Assembly (NCBI GenBank): GCA_021813435.1
Contig: JAKAKR010000006.1
Coordinates: 3,268 to 67,267, forward strand
DNA from: Nanobdellota archaeon
GTDB taxonomy: Archaea > Nanobdellota > Nanobdellia > Woesearchaeales > UBA9642
DNA: 64,000 bases
Direction of reading: 5' to 3'
Below the pieces are notes generated by a model that ran no database searches, was not told the origin of the DNA, and worked only from the letters and a program-made list of their open reading frames with translations. The position numbers and the translations under genes were made by a program. Below are positions 36,028 to 46,609 of this stretch, piece by piece. How positions within the stretch are numbered: the stretch's first letter is position 1; every line of letters begins with the position of its first letter.

Positions 36028-37053
36028 ATGAAACTCTACGCAGTTATTATGGCAGGTGGTTTAGGTACACGATTTTGGCCGTTAAGTCGTCAAACTGTTC
36101 CTAAACAGACATTGGCATTATTCTCCGAGAAAACATTGATACAAGAAACAGTTGATCGCGTACATACATTCATCCCGCGAGAGCAAATTATTATTATCAC
36201 AAACCAATTCCAAATCGCGTTATTGCGCTCGCAACTACCAGTATTGCCATCAGAAAATTTTATTGTAGAACCCTACGCAAAGAATACCGCACCAGCAATA
36301 GCATTGGGATGCTTGCAAGTAGTATCAAAAAACACTGATGCAGTTATCGTTGTTCTACCTGCAGATCACCTTATCACCGGCGCATTTGAGAAGACTATTA
36401 CTGCTGCGGCGCAATTTGCTTATACCCATGAATCAATTGTCACGGTAGGCGTTGTTCCTTCCCGTCCAGAAACAGGGTATGGGTATATTTACGCGGATCG
36501 TGTAGAAGAAAATTTTTTTAAAGTGAAATCATTTAAAGAAAAGCCCACTCTAGAAACCGCAAAAAAATATTTACAAGAAGGAAACCACTATTGGAATGCA
36601 GGAATATTTGTATTTCGGCCAGAAGTTATGATTGCAGAATTCAAAAAATTCCTTCCCAAGATGTTTTCTCTATTCCAAGAATATGTCGATTCAAATGCTG
36701 CGCACTTGACTACCCTATACTCAGTTATCGACGCCATAAGTATTGATTATGGAATTATGGAAAAAAGTTCATTAGTTTATATGACTCCTGCGGAATTTTC
36801 GTGGAATGATGTCGGGAGTTGGGAAGAAGTGGCGCTATTAAATAAAAAAGATGCGTATAGCCAGTTTGATGGGTTATTTATTGATTCTACAAACTGCTAT
36901 GTTAATGCAAAAAAATTTGTTGCAGTAGTGGGATGCAGTAACCTCATTATTGTTGATACGCCGGATGCACTGCTTGTTTGCGAGCAATCACACGCGCAGG
37001 ATGTAAAAAAAGTTGTAGAGAAAATTAAAGGAACTCACAAGGAATTATTATAA
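36028..37053 (+). CDS. manC: Mannose-1-phosphate guanylyltransferase (NTP-transferase domain only)
   Basis: VIMAGGLGTRFWPLSR...PKQ signature. 341 aa. Confidence 0.8.
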   Translation: MKLYAVIMAGGLGTRFWPLSRQTVPKQTLALFSEKTLIQETVDRVHTFIPREQIIIITNQFQIALLRSQLPVLPSENFIVEPYAKNTAPAIALGCLQVVSKNTDAVIVVLPADHLITGAFEKTITAAAQFAYTHESIVTVGVVPSRPETGYGYIYADRVEENFFKVKSFKEKPTLETAKKYLQEGNHYWNAGIFVFRPEVMIAEFKKFLPKMFSLFQEYVDSNAAHLTTLYSVIDAISIDYGIMEKSSLVYMTPAEFSWNDVGSWEEVALLNKKDAYSQFDGLFIDSTNCYVNAKKFVAVVGCSNLIIVDTPDALLVCEQSHAQDVKKVVEKIKGTHKELL

Positions 37054-37113
37054 TATTTGCGAGATAAAACTTGCAGGATGCTCATGAGGAAATAAAAACG
37101 ATCCAGATAAAAG

Positions 37114-38181
37114 ATGATGAAAAAAACTTCCGAAAAATCACTCTTCAGTGCTACTCCAGATATATCGATGAGTCATAGAAATTTTCCTATCTCTGTTATT
37201 GTCATCACGTACAATGAGGAGAGAAATATCGTGGAGTGCATGCGTTCAATACTTGCACAGGATTATGCGGGGCCGTTAGAACTTATCATCATCGATGATT
37301 ATCGGACTACTGATGCAACAAAAGCACTAGTGCGCGCATACCAAAAAAAACATCCCAATCTGAAATACTATACTGATACAACTGGTTCACAATCATACAG
37401 TAGAAATCTTGGTATAAAAAAGTCTATGTATCCCTTTATTGCATTCACTGATGCAGACTGTGTTGTTCCAAAAGACTGGCTTACAATTCTTGCACGAAAG
37501 TGGAGAGAGCATTCCACACATGTCGGTAAAACACTTGCTGGCGTGGGTGGCGCTAATATTCTCTACATGAAAAAAAGCACTCCTTTCTCTCAGGCGATGA
37601 ATATTACATTCGGATCATTTTTAGGATCACTGGGAAGTATTCAGGCAAAACCTGCAACAAGTGATGCCGCAGTGTTCAGCTTATCCTGTACGAATGTATT
37701 GTATGACAAATCGAAAGTTATTGCAGCAGGGATGTTTCCCGCGTATAAAGAACACTTAGGTGATGATTGGTTGCTCGGAGTAAAGATTAGGCAGAAAGGA
37801 TACGTATTGGTTGGTGTAAAAGAGTCCTTCGTTTGGCACAATTATCGTTCAACACCTCGAAAGTTCTGGAAGAATATGATACTGTATGGTAGTGTGCGCA
37901 CATTCTATATCAAAAAATATTTTTGGTACAATAGTCCAAAATATTTTCTTCCCTTAGGGTTCATTATCGGAATGATCCTTCCTCTTTTGTTTTTTATTCA
38001 CCCATTATTTCTACTACCTTTACTCTACTTTCCATTTATCTTACTCTACTCAATCATACTTACTGCACGTCAAAAACAATTACGTCGCGCAGGAAACGTA
38101 TTTGTGGTATTCATAATCATGCATTTCGGCTTTAGTATCGGCGAATTGAAGGGGATACACTGGATTTTTAGAAAAATTTAA
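37114..38181 (+). CDS. GT2 glycosyltransferase with C-terminal TM helices
   Basis: ISVIVITYNEERNI...IIIDDYRTTD...FTDADC motifs. Confidence 0.8.
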   Translation: MMKKTSEKSLFSATPDISMSHRNFPISVIVITYNEERNIVECMRSILAQDYAGPLELIIIDDYRTTDATKALVRAYQKKHPNLKYYTDTTGSQSYSRNLGIKKSMYPFIAFTDADCVVPKDWLTILARKWREHSTHVGKTLAGVGGANILYMKKSTPFSQAMNITFGSFLGSLGSIQAKPATSDAAVFSLSCTNVLYDKSKVIAAGMFPAYKEHLGDDWLLGVKIRQKGYVLVGVKESFVWHNYRSTPRKFWKNMILYGSVRTFYIKKYFWYNSPKYFLPLGFIIGMILPLLFFIHPLFLLPLLYFPFILLYSIILTARQKQLRRAGNVFVVFIIMHFGFSIGELKGIHWIFRKI

Positions 38182-38229
38182 AAGAAGCGTTGCTGTTCGC
38201 AACATCATGATACGTATTAGGATGAGGGG

Positions 38230-39192
38230 TTGATACTGATGAAATATCTTGTTACCGGCGGCGCAGGATTTGTGGGAAGTACGATTGTTGACCGACTTGT
38301 TGCACAGGGTCATGAAGTCATCGCTTATGATAACCTTTCGACAGGGAATCTTAAATTTCTTGAACAGAGCAAAGAGCACATCACATTCATCAAGGCAGAT
38401 CTTTTAGATATGCCTGCATTAACTCAGGCGATGCGTGGTGTTGATTTTGTATTCCATATGGCGGCGAATGCAGATATTAAAGACAACTTGAAAAATCCCA
38501 CCATTTGTCTCGAACAGAATACCATCGCGACTAGCAACGTCCTCGAAGCGATGCGTGCGAATAATGTGAAAAGAATTGCTTTTGCATCAACGGGCAGCGT
38601 CTATGGAGAACCTGACAAATTTCCAACACCTGAAACGTACACGTTCCCGATCCAGACCTCAATGTATGCTGCAAGTAAACTTGCCTGCGAAGGATTATTA
38701 CAGGCATATGCGACAGGGTATGGGTTTCAAGTGTTTATATTTAGATTTGTCTCGCTTATGGGTGAGCGTTATACGCACGGGTGTGTGTTTGATTTCAGTA
38801 AAAAACTTCTTGCAAATGCTCACGAGTTGCCGATTTTAGGTAATGGGAAGCAGCGAAAATCATATTTGTATATTCAGGATTGCATGGATGCACTGTTTAT
38901 TGCAATAGAAAAATCTTCAGGAAATATTAATATTTATAATCTTGGTACTGAAGAATATATTGAAGTTAATACAATCGCTGATATGGTGTGTCGTGAACTT
39001 CACTTACCAAACGTTAAGTATATCTATTCGGGCGGTGAACGTGGATGGGTAGGAGATAGTCCATTCATCCTTCTTGATATCACGAAAATGAAGTCTTTAG
39101 GCTGGAAACCAAAACTTTCAATTGCGCAGTCAGTCCATAAAACAATCCATTGGATAAACGAAAATCAATGGGTACTCAAGGAGCGCAAGTAG
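38230..39192 (+). CDS. NAD-dependent nucleotide-sugar epimerase/dehydratase (SDR)
   Basis: VTGGAGFVGS Rossmann motif. YAASK catalytic motif. Confidence 0.8.
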   Translation: MILMKYLVTGGAGFVGSTIVDRLVAQGHEVIAYDNLSTGNLKFLEQSKEHITFIKADLLDMPALTQAMRGVDFVFHMAANADIKDNLKNPTICLEQNTIATSNVLEAMRANNVKRIAFASTGSVYGEPDKFPTPETYTFPIQTSMYAASKLACEGLLQAYATGYGFQVFIFRFVSLMGERYTHGCVFDFSKKLLANAHELPILGNGKQRKSYLYIQDCMDALFIAIEKSSGNINIYNLGTEEYIEVNTIADMVCRELHLPNVKYIYSGGERGWVGDSPFILLDITKMKSLGWKPKLSIAQSVHKTIHWINENQWVLKERK

Positions 39193-39193
39193 T

Positions 39194-40534
39194 ATGTCTG
39201 ATTCTAAACCGCCTATCATTATTGTAGCAGGAGGTCTTGCGACACGAATGCGACCAATCACTGAAGAGATACCGAAATGCTTAGTTGATATAAACGGTAA
39301 ACCACTCATTCAGCATCAAATAGAGTATTTTAGAGCTCATGGTTTTACGGATATCATATTCTGTGTTGCTCATCTTGCAGACAAAGTCAAAGATTATTTT
39401 AAGGACGGTACGGATTTTGGAGTACGTGTACGCTATGTACAGGAGACGAAAGAGTTGATGGGTACTGCGGGGAGCGTGAAACTTTGTGAAGGATTTATTG
39501 ACGACGAGAATTTTATGGTATACTATGGTGATAATTTAACAAATATGGATTTTGATCAATTTATTAAATTTCATAAAGATCATCATGCTATGGGAACAGT
39601 CTGCATGCGTCCGCATAAGGACGGGTATAAGAGTTCAAGTATTATTACACTAGACGAGAAAAATGTTATTAAGATATTTTTAGAGAAACCTTCTTTGGAA
39701 GATATTGAAAAATATCAGTACGTACAAAAATATATTAATTCTGGGATCTATATGTTTAACAAAAAAATTTTTGATTTTATTCCCCAGAACCAGAAATATG
39801 ATTTTGCTAAAGAAGTTTTTCCAGAGTTATTAAAAATAAACTCTGCATTTTATGGATATGTAACAACTGAATATTTTAGGGAGATCGGAAGAATTGAAAA
39901 ATATGAGTTATTTTTAAAAGAAGTAGCGGGGAAGGACGAGATATTTATGCCTAACAAGGCAGTGTTTCTTGACCGGGACGGTGTGATTAATTATAACATT
40001 CATGGACTTATTCGACCAGAACAATTGCAGTTAATTGAAGGTAGCGCCGAAGCCATAAAAAAGCTTAATGATGCGAAATACGCAGTTATTGTTGTAACAA
40101 ATCAACCAGAACTATCTAAGGGTTTTTTGACATTCAAAGATATAGATGAAATACACACTAAAATGTATACAATAGTAGAGTCAGAAGGTGGGCATATTGA
40201 TGCGCTCTATATGTGCCCGCACCATCCGCATAGGGGTTTTCCTGGCGAGATTTCTGAACTAAAAATTGATTGCAATTGTAGAAAGCCTAAACCCGGACTG
40301 ATTCTTAGAGCTGCGCAGGAGAATAATATCGACTTATCACAATCATGGATGATCGGTGATTCGCCATCAGATTTATTAGCAGCCCAAAGCGCGGGTGTGA
40401 GAGCAATACTTGTTGGGTCAGGTAGTGGATCCGGACGCAAAGAAGAGATAGATTTCTTTCATAAAGTCAGAGATTATGTTGTAAAGAACGATTTACTTGA
40501 TGCAGTTAAATATATACTAAAAGAAAAACAATAA
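39194..40534 (+). CDS. Bifunctional D-glycero-alpha-D-manno-heptose-1-phosphate guanylyltransferase (HddC-like) / D,D-heptose-1,7-bisphosphate phosphatase (GmhB)
   Basis: N-terminal IIIVAGGLATRMRP nucleotidyltransferase. C-terminal HAD FLDRDGVIN plus Zn-site CPHHPH...CNCRKPKPG typical of GmhB. Confidence 0.8.
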   Translation: MSDSKPPIIIVAGGLATRMRPITEEIPKCLVDINGKPLIQHQIEYFRAHGFTDIIFCVAHLADKVKDYFKDGTDFGVRVRYVQETKELMGTAGSVKLCEGFIDDENFMVYYGDNLTNMDFDQFIKFHKDHHAMGTVCMRPHKDGYKSSSIITLDEKNVIKIFLEKPSLEDIEKYQYVQKYINSGIYMFNKKIFDFIPQNQKYDFAKEVFPELLKINSAFYGYVTTEYFREIGRIEKYELFLKEVAGKDEIFMPNKAVFLDRDGVINYNIHGLIRPEQLQLIEGSAEAIKKLNDAKYAVIVVTNQPELSKGFLTFKDIDEIHTKMYTIVESEGGHIDALYMCPHHPHRGFPGEISELKIDCNCRKPKPGLILRAAQENNIDLSQSWMIGDSPSDLLAAQSAGVRAILVGSGSGSGRKEEIDFFHKVRDYVVKNDLLDAVKYILKEKQ

Positions 40535-40635
40535 TTCAGCAAAAATAAGCCATTTATAAATCTTTCTACGAAAAGTTTATATATAAGTTATATTATTATT
40601 GTTTCTATGTTATTTTTGGAATTAAAGGTGATGTT

Positions 40636-41628
40636 ATGATTATCAGCAGGGCACCATTAAGAATTTCATTAGGTGGTGGCGGAACAGATCTTCCATTCTA
40701 TGCAGATAAGTTCGGCGGCTCTTTAGTTACGGCTTCCATCAATCGGCACATCTATATCATGATTGGTCCAAGAAGAGTGGAGAAAAATATAAAGTTAAAT
40801 TATTCACAGACTGAAGTTGTGGATAAAATCGATGATATCGCGCATCCATTGATACGTGAAGCGCTCAAATTGACCGGTATTAAGGAAGGTATTGAAATAC
40901 ATTCTATGTCAGATCTCACATCAGGAAGCGGTCTAGGATCGTCAAGTGCATTTTTAGTGGCTTTGCTCAACGGTTTACATCACTATAATGGGGAAACTGT
41001 TTCAAGATACAAGCTCGCTGAAGACGCGTCACACATCACTATGGATATTTTAAAAGAGCCCTGTGGAAAACAAGATCAGTATGCTTCAGCATTTGGAAAC
41101 TTAGTGCATTTGAAGATTGCAACAAACGGAAAAGTAACTGTTACTCCGATAAATATTTCTCATGAAAACATAAAAAAATTGGAAAAAAACCTGATGATGT
41201 TCTATACTGGATTTACGCGAAGCGCCAGCGATGTTCTTGGCGATCAGAAAAAACGTTCTGAGGACAAAAAAAACGAAGCAGATATGTATAATTATTATCA
41301 TGAGATAAAGAAAATCGGGGAGCAAAGCAAGAAATGTCTGGAAAAGGGCAATCTCACGCGATTTGGAGAATGGATGAATATTCATTGGGAATTAAAAAAG
41401 AACCTATCAAACAAAATGTCTAATGGCAAGATAGACGAATGGTATACTCTTGCTATGCAAAATGGTGCATTAGGAGGAAAAATTATCGGAGCAGGCGGTG
41501 GCGGCTTCCTCCTGTTCTATGTCGATAATAATCACGAGAAAGTCAAACAAGTATTGGAAAAAGAGGGACTCGTATATACGCCGTTCAAATTTGATTTTGA
41601 AGGTGCACGAATTATATATCATGAATGA
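40636..41628 (+). CDS. hddA: GHMP kinase, D-glycero-alpha-D-manno-heptose-7-phosphate kinase (HddA-like)
   Basis: RAPLRISLGGGGTDL N-terminus characteristic of HddA. GHMP motif SGSGLGSSSA. Confidence 0.8.
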   Translation: MIISRAPLRISLGGGGTDLPFYADKFGGSLVTASINRHIYIMIGPRRVEKNIKLNYSQTEVVDKIDDIAHPLIREALKLTGIKEGIEIHSMSDLTSGSGLGSSSAFLVALLNGLHHYNGETVSRYKLAEDASHITMDILKEPCGKQDQYASAFGNLVHLKIATNGKVTVTPINISHENIKKLEKNLMMFYTGFTRSASDVLGDQKKRSEDKKNEADMYNYYHEIKKIGEQSKKCLEKGNLTRFGEWMNIHWELKKNLSNKMSNGKIDEWYTLAMQNGALGGKIIGAGGGGFLLFYVDNNHEKVKQVLEKEGLVYTPFKFDFEGARIIYHE

Positions 41629-41638
41629 AGGTGGAACT

Positions 41639-42235
41639 ATGAATAAAGAATTTATACAAACATATCTTGAAGATGTCAAGGATATTGCAAGTCAAATTGA
41701 TCGCGAAGAGATCAATAAAGCGATAAAAATACTTTTCGATGCATGGAAAACCGATAATCATGTTTATTTCATCGGTTGCGGTGGAAGTGCGGGAACTGCG
41801 AGCCACTTTGCTGCAGACCTATCTAAGACAACGATGTGTAAGGGAAAGAAGCGATTCAAGGCATTATCGCTTGTTGAAAACCCTTCGCTTACCACTGCAT
41901 GGATTAATGATGAAGGTTGGGAGAATGTTTTTGTCGGTCAGATTGAAAATTTTATGAAGCCCGGCGATGTGGTCGTTGCGTTAAGTGTTCATGGCGGAAG
42001 TGGGAAAGGCAACGCACTTGCATGGAGCCAAAACCTTACAAAAGCAATGGCGTATGTTAAGGATCATGGAGGGAAAGCGATTGGCCTGGCCGGTTTTGAC
42101 GGTGGAGCATTCAAAGAACTTGCTGATGCATGTGTTATTGTCCCTAAAAATTCCACGCCGCTTGTTGAGGGATTTCATTCAGATATCCAGCATATGATTA
42201 TTTTCAGATTAAAAGAACTTATCGAGAAATCGTAA
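41639..42235 (+). CDS. gmhA: Phosphoheptose isomerase (SIS domain)
   Basis: SIS motifs FIGCGGSAGTASHFAADL, HGGSGKG. Shine-Dalgarno gaaggtgg upstream. In-frame ATG 41639 inside track ORF 41498..42235. Confidence 0.8.
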   Translation: MNKEFIQTYLEDVKDIASQIDREEINKAIKILFDAWKTDNHVYFIGCGGSAGTASHFAADLSKTTMCKGKKRFKALSLVENPSLTTAWINDEGWENVFVGQIENFMKPGDVVVALSVHGGSGKGNALAWSQNLTKAMAYVKDHGGKAIGLAGFDGGAFKELADACVIVPKNSTPLVEGFHSDIQHMIIFRLKELIEKS

Positions 42236-42292
42236 GTCTTGATACCTATAGATTGAACTAAAATCGCAATACACACTATTGCATGTCAGAAC

Positions 42293-42742
42293 ATGGTTGC
42301 AACAAAAAATAAGGTGGTTTTTACTAATCTCCTCAATTACGTGCTCTACGACGATCTGGATTCTGAAAATCGTCTCTTTGTCTCTTGGGAGACTTTTGAT
42401 ATTGCGATGAACTATATTCATAAGCAGGTTGAAATTATGCAGGATGGAGGTCATACACAGTTTGATGCGATCTATGCACTCCCTCGCGGCGGACTTTGTC
42501 TTGGCGTAAAACTTTCTTACCTCACCGGAATCCCGCTCATCACAGATACCGCAAAAATTACCCCCGCAACACTCATTGTCGATGACTGTACTGATACAGG
42601 TCAGACACTCTCACGGTTCAATGGAAATACGACAGTAGTGATGTTTCATAAACCAACATCCATAGTCACTCCCGACATCTATTATCAGGAGACGGATAAA
42701 CAGATAAATTTTTGTTGGGAATCTAAGGAAGAACGAAACTAG
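42293..42742 (+). CDS. Type I phosphoribosyltransferase-domain protein
   Basis: PRPP-binding loop LIVDDCTDTGQTL. 149 aa. Confidence 0.6.
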   Translation: MVATKNKVVFTNLLNYVLYDDLDSENRLFVSWETFDIAMNYIHKQVEIMQDGGHTQFDAIYALPRGGLCLGVKLSYLTGIPLITDTAKITPATLIVDDCTDTGQTLSRFNGNTTVVMFHKPTSIVTPDIYYQETDKQINFCWESKEERN

Positions 42743-42754
42743 CGAGGTGCTACA

Positions 42755-43441
42755 ATGGCAATATTTATCGATACCGGAAACATTAATGACATCAAGAAAT
42801 ACCTTGATTTCGGAATTTTGCGCGGAGTTACGACGAACCCGACAATCCTGCTGAAATCAGGGATTAAGGGCGGAATGGAAGGCGTCAAGAAGGCATGTAT
42901 TGACATTGCAAAACTCATTCATCCACTACCTCTGTCGGTGGAGCTTACGACAAACGATGCTGATAAGATGATCGCTCAGGCCATAGAATTCTCTCGATGG
43001 GCTGATAATGTTAATATCAAAGTGACGATTCACGGACCGAATGGCGAACTTGACAATTTACGAATTATCCATGAACTTGAGACCACGCATAATATTCGTG
43101 TCAATGTGACTGCGATGATGAGCGCGCAACAATGTTTTCTTGCAGCACTCGCAGGCGCAACTTATGTCTCGCTGTTCTGCGGGCGTATCAATAATATGGG
43201 ATACAATTCTATTGATGAAGTAAGAAAACTGCGGCGATTGCTTGATCTTCATCATCTGAAAGCAAAGATCATCTGCGCTTCGACGCGTGAAGTCCTGAAT
43301 GTTGTGGAGTGGCTTGACGCTGGCGGAGACATTGTGACTGTTGTTCCCAATCTTCTTGAAGGAATGATTGTGCACCCCTATTCAAAAGAAACCGTTAAGA
43401 TGTTTCTTGATGATGCGGAAAAATTGCAGAAACAACTATAA
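42755..43441 (+). CDS. Transaldolase / fructose-6-phosphate aldolase (short TalC/FSA type)
   Basis: MAIFIDTGNINDIKKY...GVTTNPTIL signature. Lys-containing segment later. Confidence 0.8.
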   Translation: MAIFIDTGNINDIKKYLDFGILRGVTTNPTILLKSGIKGGMEGVKKACIDIAKLIHPLPLSVELTTNDADKMIAQAIEFSRWADNVNIKVTIHGPNGELDNLRIIHELETTHNIRVNVTAMMSAQQCFLAALAGATYVSLFCGRINNMGYNSIDEVRKLRRLLDLHHLKAKIICASTREVLNVVEWLDAGGDIVTVVPNLLEGMIVHPYSKETVKMFLDDAEKLQKQL

Positions 43442-43502
43442 TTTTCTTAGTTTTTCTCTTCTTTTTTTCACTAATTTTATAAATCATACCCGATTTTAGT
43501 CA

Positions 43503-44279
43503 ATGGGTGATGATATGACTACTGTACTAATTACTGGAGCTACAGGCGGGATTGGGGCAATGATCGCTGAGCGGTTAGCTGCTGAAGGATACTGTTTGAT
43601 ACTTGTCGGAAGAAATGAACAGGCCCTTCTTTCTCTTAAAAATAAGCTCAGTACACTGTCGAGTGATATCACCATAATGGCTATTGATGTTTCCGATTAT
43701 GCTGCAGTACAAAATGCACTCAAGAGTATAACAAATCTCGATATCCTCATTACCAGTGCGGGAATACTCGGTCCTGTAGCACCATTTACTCAGGTGGATA
43801 TGGATTTCTGGTTAAAAACAATAAACATTAATTTACTCGGTACAGTATATTTTTGTAAATTATTGATCCCTGTACTACAGAAATCTTCTCACGGGAAAAT
43901 CATTACATTTGCGGGAGGAGGTGCAGTAAACCCGCGCATCCAGCATTCAGCATATGCTACTTCAAAAGCAGCCGTTGTGCGGTTTACAGAAACCATTGCT
44001 GCAGAATATCCCCTCTTAGATATCAATGTGATCGCTCCTGGCGCTCACCACACTAAAATTTGGGACACAGAGACTTTTGACAAACCACCTGAAAAATGGG
44101 CGGATTCTGTACGATTGCAAGATTTTTTTGCATTTTTATGCAGCGAGAAATCAAACGGTATTACAGGGCGTTATATTCATGCGTATGATGATTGGGATAA
44201 GAAAGATTTCCGAAAGATTCCTGAAGATTTATATACCATGCGAAGGGTTGATGAACGGTTATTACAGAAATTTATGTAA
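43503..44279 (+). CDS. Short-chain dehydrogenase/reductase (SDR)
   Basis: TGATGGIG Rossmann motif. YATSK catalytic motif. Confidence 0.8.
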   Translation: MGDDMTTVLITGATGGIGAMIAERLAAEGYCLILVGRNEQALLSLKNKLSTLSSDITIMAIDVSDYAAVQNALKSITNLDILITSAGILGPVAPFTQVDMDFWLKTININLLGTVYFCKLLIPVLQKSSHGKIITFAGGGAVNPRIQHSAYATSKAAVVRFTETIAAEYPLLDINVIAPGAHHTKIWDTETFDKPPEKWADSVRLQDFFAFLCSEKSNGITGRYIHAYDDWDKKDFRKIPEDLYTMRRVDERLLQKFM

Positions 44280-44338
44280 TAGGCCGCCATACCTAATTTA
44301 TAGAAACATCTTTGTCATGACATATATTGAGGTAAAAA

Positions 44339-45628
44339 ATGAAAGTGTGTGTATTTGGACTATGGCATTTAGGATGTGTTACTGCGGCATGCCTTGCTGA
44401 TCTCGGATTTCAAGTTAATGGATTAGACTTTGATGAAAAGACAATCCTTAATCTTAAAGCAGGCGTACCGCCATTATACGAGCCTGAACTTGAAGAACTC
44501 ATCAAGAAAAATATCTTGACGCAAAGACTCTCGTTTTATACTAATCCTGAAGAAGCATTACGTGATATTAATGTACTTTGGGTAACTTTCGACACTCCTG
44601 TTGATGATCATGATGTTGCAGATATTCCTTTTTTAGAGCATTCATTTACACAAATACTCCCTTTTATCCCTCCGAATACGCGGATTATTATCTCTTCACA
44701 AGCACCCGTAGGTTTTACGAGAAAATTAGAATCAGTGTGTCGTGAATCATTCCCTGAAAAATTATTGATTTTTGCGTGTTCACCAGAAAATCTTCGATTA
44801 GGAAACGCTATCAAGATATTTCGAGAACCGAGTAGGATTATTGTAGGAATACGAAAACCGGAGCATATGTCGCTTTTTTCTCCGATATTCACGAAAATAA
44901 CGGATAAAATTGAGTGGATGAAAACTGAATCTGCTGAAATGACGAAACACGCCATAAACTCATTCCTTGCTACATCCATAGTATTTGCGAATGAACTCGC
45001 CATTATATGCGAATCTGAAGGAGCAAATGCTAAAGAGGTTGAACGCGGGTTGAAAACCGAGGATCGTATTGGTCCAAAAGCATATCTTAATCCCGGCCTC
45101 TCTTTTGCAGGGGGGACTCTCGCGCGTGATATCAATTTTTTGATCGATAAGAGTAAAGAGCATAAAAAACCGTTACATCTTCTCACGTCAGTTAAGGAGA
45201 GTAATGAGTTTCATAAGGGATGGATTCAACGGAAGTGTATAGAATGTTTCCAGGATGTTAAAGGTATTCGTTTCGGGATACTCGGACTCGCATATAAACC
45301 CAACACTGATACACTAAGAAGATCTTCGGCAGTAGAGTTATGTAATTGGCTTCACAAGCATTCTGCAATTGTAACCGCATACGATCCTAACATCAAATCG
45401 CTCCCGGAAGAACTTTCTAATCACATTACTCTTAAAACCACGAGCACTGATGTGCTTACTTGTTCAGATTGTATTATCATCGCAACTGAGCATCCGTTGT
45501 TCAAACAGATCTATAACGGTGAGAAAACATTGTTTTCAGGGAAAATTCTTATCGATCCTGGAGCTTTTATTGAGAAGAATCTTCCTGCGGAGAAAGATTT
45601 TCGATACATCTGTGTGGGGAGGGCGTAG
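44339..45628 (+). CDS. UDP-sugar 6-dehydrogenase (UDP-glucose / UDP-GlcNAc dehydrogenase family, WbpA-like)
   Basis: N-terminal Rossmann fold, central dimerisation helix and catalytic Cys region. 429 aa. Confidence 0.75.
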   Translation: MKVCVFGLWHLGCVTAACLADLGFQVNGLDFDEKTILNLKAGVPPLYEPELEELIKKNILTQRLSFYTNPEEALRDINVLWVTFDTPVDDHDVADIPFLEHSFTQILPFIPPNTRIIISSQAPVGFTRKLESVCRESFPEKLLIFACSPENLRLGNAIKIFREPSRIIVGIRKPEHMSLFSPIFTKITDKIEWMKTESAEMTKHAINSFLATSIVFANELAIICESEGANAKEVERGLKTEDRIGPKAYLNPGLSFAGGTLARDINFLIDKSKEHKKPLHLLTSVKESNEFHKGWIQRKCIECFQDVKGIRFGILGLAYKPNTDTLRRSSAVELCNWLHKHSAIVTAYDPNIKSLPEELSNHITLKTTSTDVLTCSDCIIIATEHPLFKQIYNGEKTLFSGKILIDPGAFIEKNLPAEKDFRYICVGRA

Positions 45629-46609
45629 ATGAAACTTAAAATTGGGATTATCGGTTGTGGACTTATTGGTGGTAAACGTGCAAGGGCGCTTGCCGGGCAA
45701 GAACTCATCATGGTCTGTGATACAAATCTTGATCTTGCTCAAAAACTTGCAAATGAGTACGGCTGCAAATATTCGACTGATTTTCATGAAGTCGTAAAAA
45801 GCGATGTTGACATTGTTATTATTTCAACGTCGAACAATATGCTTATCCCTGTTGCGCTTGAGGCTGTTAATGCGGGTAAACATGTGCTTATTGAAAAACC
45901 TGGCGCGCGCAATCCTGTCGAGATGAAACAATTAGTGGATGCAGTCCGCGGAACAGATATTAAAATCAAAGTCGGCTTTAATCACCGGTATCATCCTGCG
46001 ATTATAAAAGCCAAAGAAATTATTGATACCGGAGCATATGGTGATATTATGTTTATTCGTGCACGTTACGGACATGGCGGCCGTATTGGTTATGATAAGG
46101 AATGGCGTGCAAAAAAGGCAGTATCCGGTGGTGGGGAATTGCTTGATCAGGGATGTCACTTGATCAATCTCGGCAACATGTTTTTAGGGGATTTTTCCAA
46201 GGCTATAGGCTTTACCCAGAAATATTTCTGGGATATGGAAGTGGAAGATAATGGATTTGCATTATTAAAAACTCCCCAGGGTCAAGTGATGCAGATGCAT
46301 GCATCCTGGACTGACTGGAAAAATATTTTTAGTTTTGAGATTATGTGCAGGAATGCAAAGCTAGAGATTTCTGGACTTGGCCGGAGTTATGGCGTGGAGA
46401 CGCTTACAGTGTATAAGATGAAACCAGAAATGGGACCGCCGGATAAGGAAGTATTCACTTTTGACGGCGATGATAAATCTTGGGAATTAGAATTCGCGGA
46501 TTTTTTAGATGCGATACGCACCAACAGGAAACTACCCGACCTTGATAATGCGTATAGTGTCATGAAGACCATATACGAAATATATACCTGGGATGAGAAA
46601 AATGAGTGA
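45629..46609 (+). CDS. Gfo/Idh/MocA-family oxidoreductase (WbpB-like)
   Basis: IGIIGCGLIGGKRA N-terminus. EKP motif LIEKPGA. Confidence 0.8.
   Translation: MKLKIGIIGCGLIGGKRARALAGQELIMVCDTNLDLAQKLANEYGCKYSTDFHEVVKSDVDIVIISTSNNMLIPVALEAVNAGKHVLIEKPGARNPVEMKQLVDAVRGTDIKIKVGFNHRYHPAIIKAKEIIDTGAYGDIMFIRARYGHGGRIGYDKEWRAKKAVSGGGELLDQGCHLINLGNMFLGDFSKAIGFTQKYFWDMEVEDNGFALLKTPQGQVMQMHASWTDWKNIFSFEIMCRNAKLEISGLGRSYGVETLTVYKMKPEMGPPDKEVFTFDGDDKSWELEFADFLDAIRTNRKLPDLDNAYSVMKTIYEIYTWDEKNE

Noticed and set aside
44608-45186. 192-aa minus-strand ORF
   Set aside because: Antisense to the UDP-sugar dehydrogenase gene. Shadow ORF.
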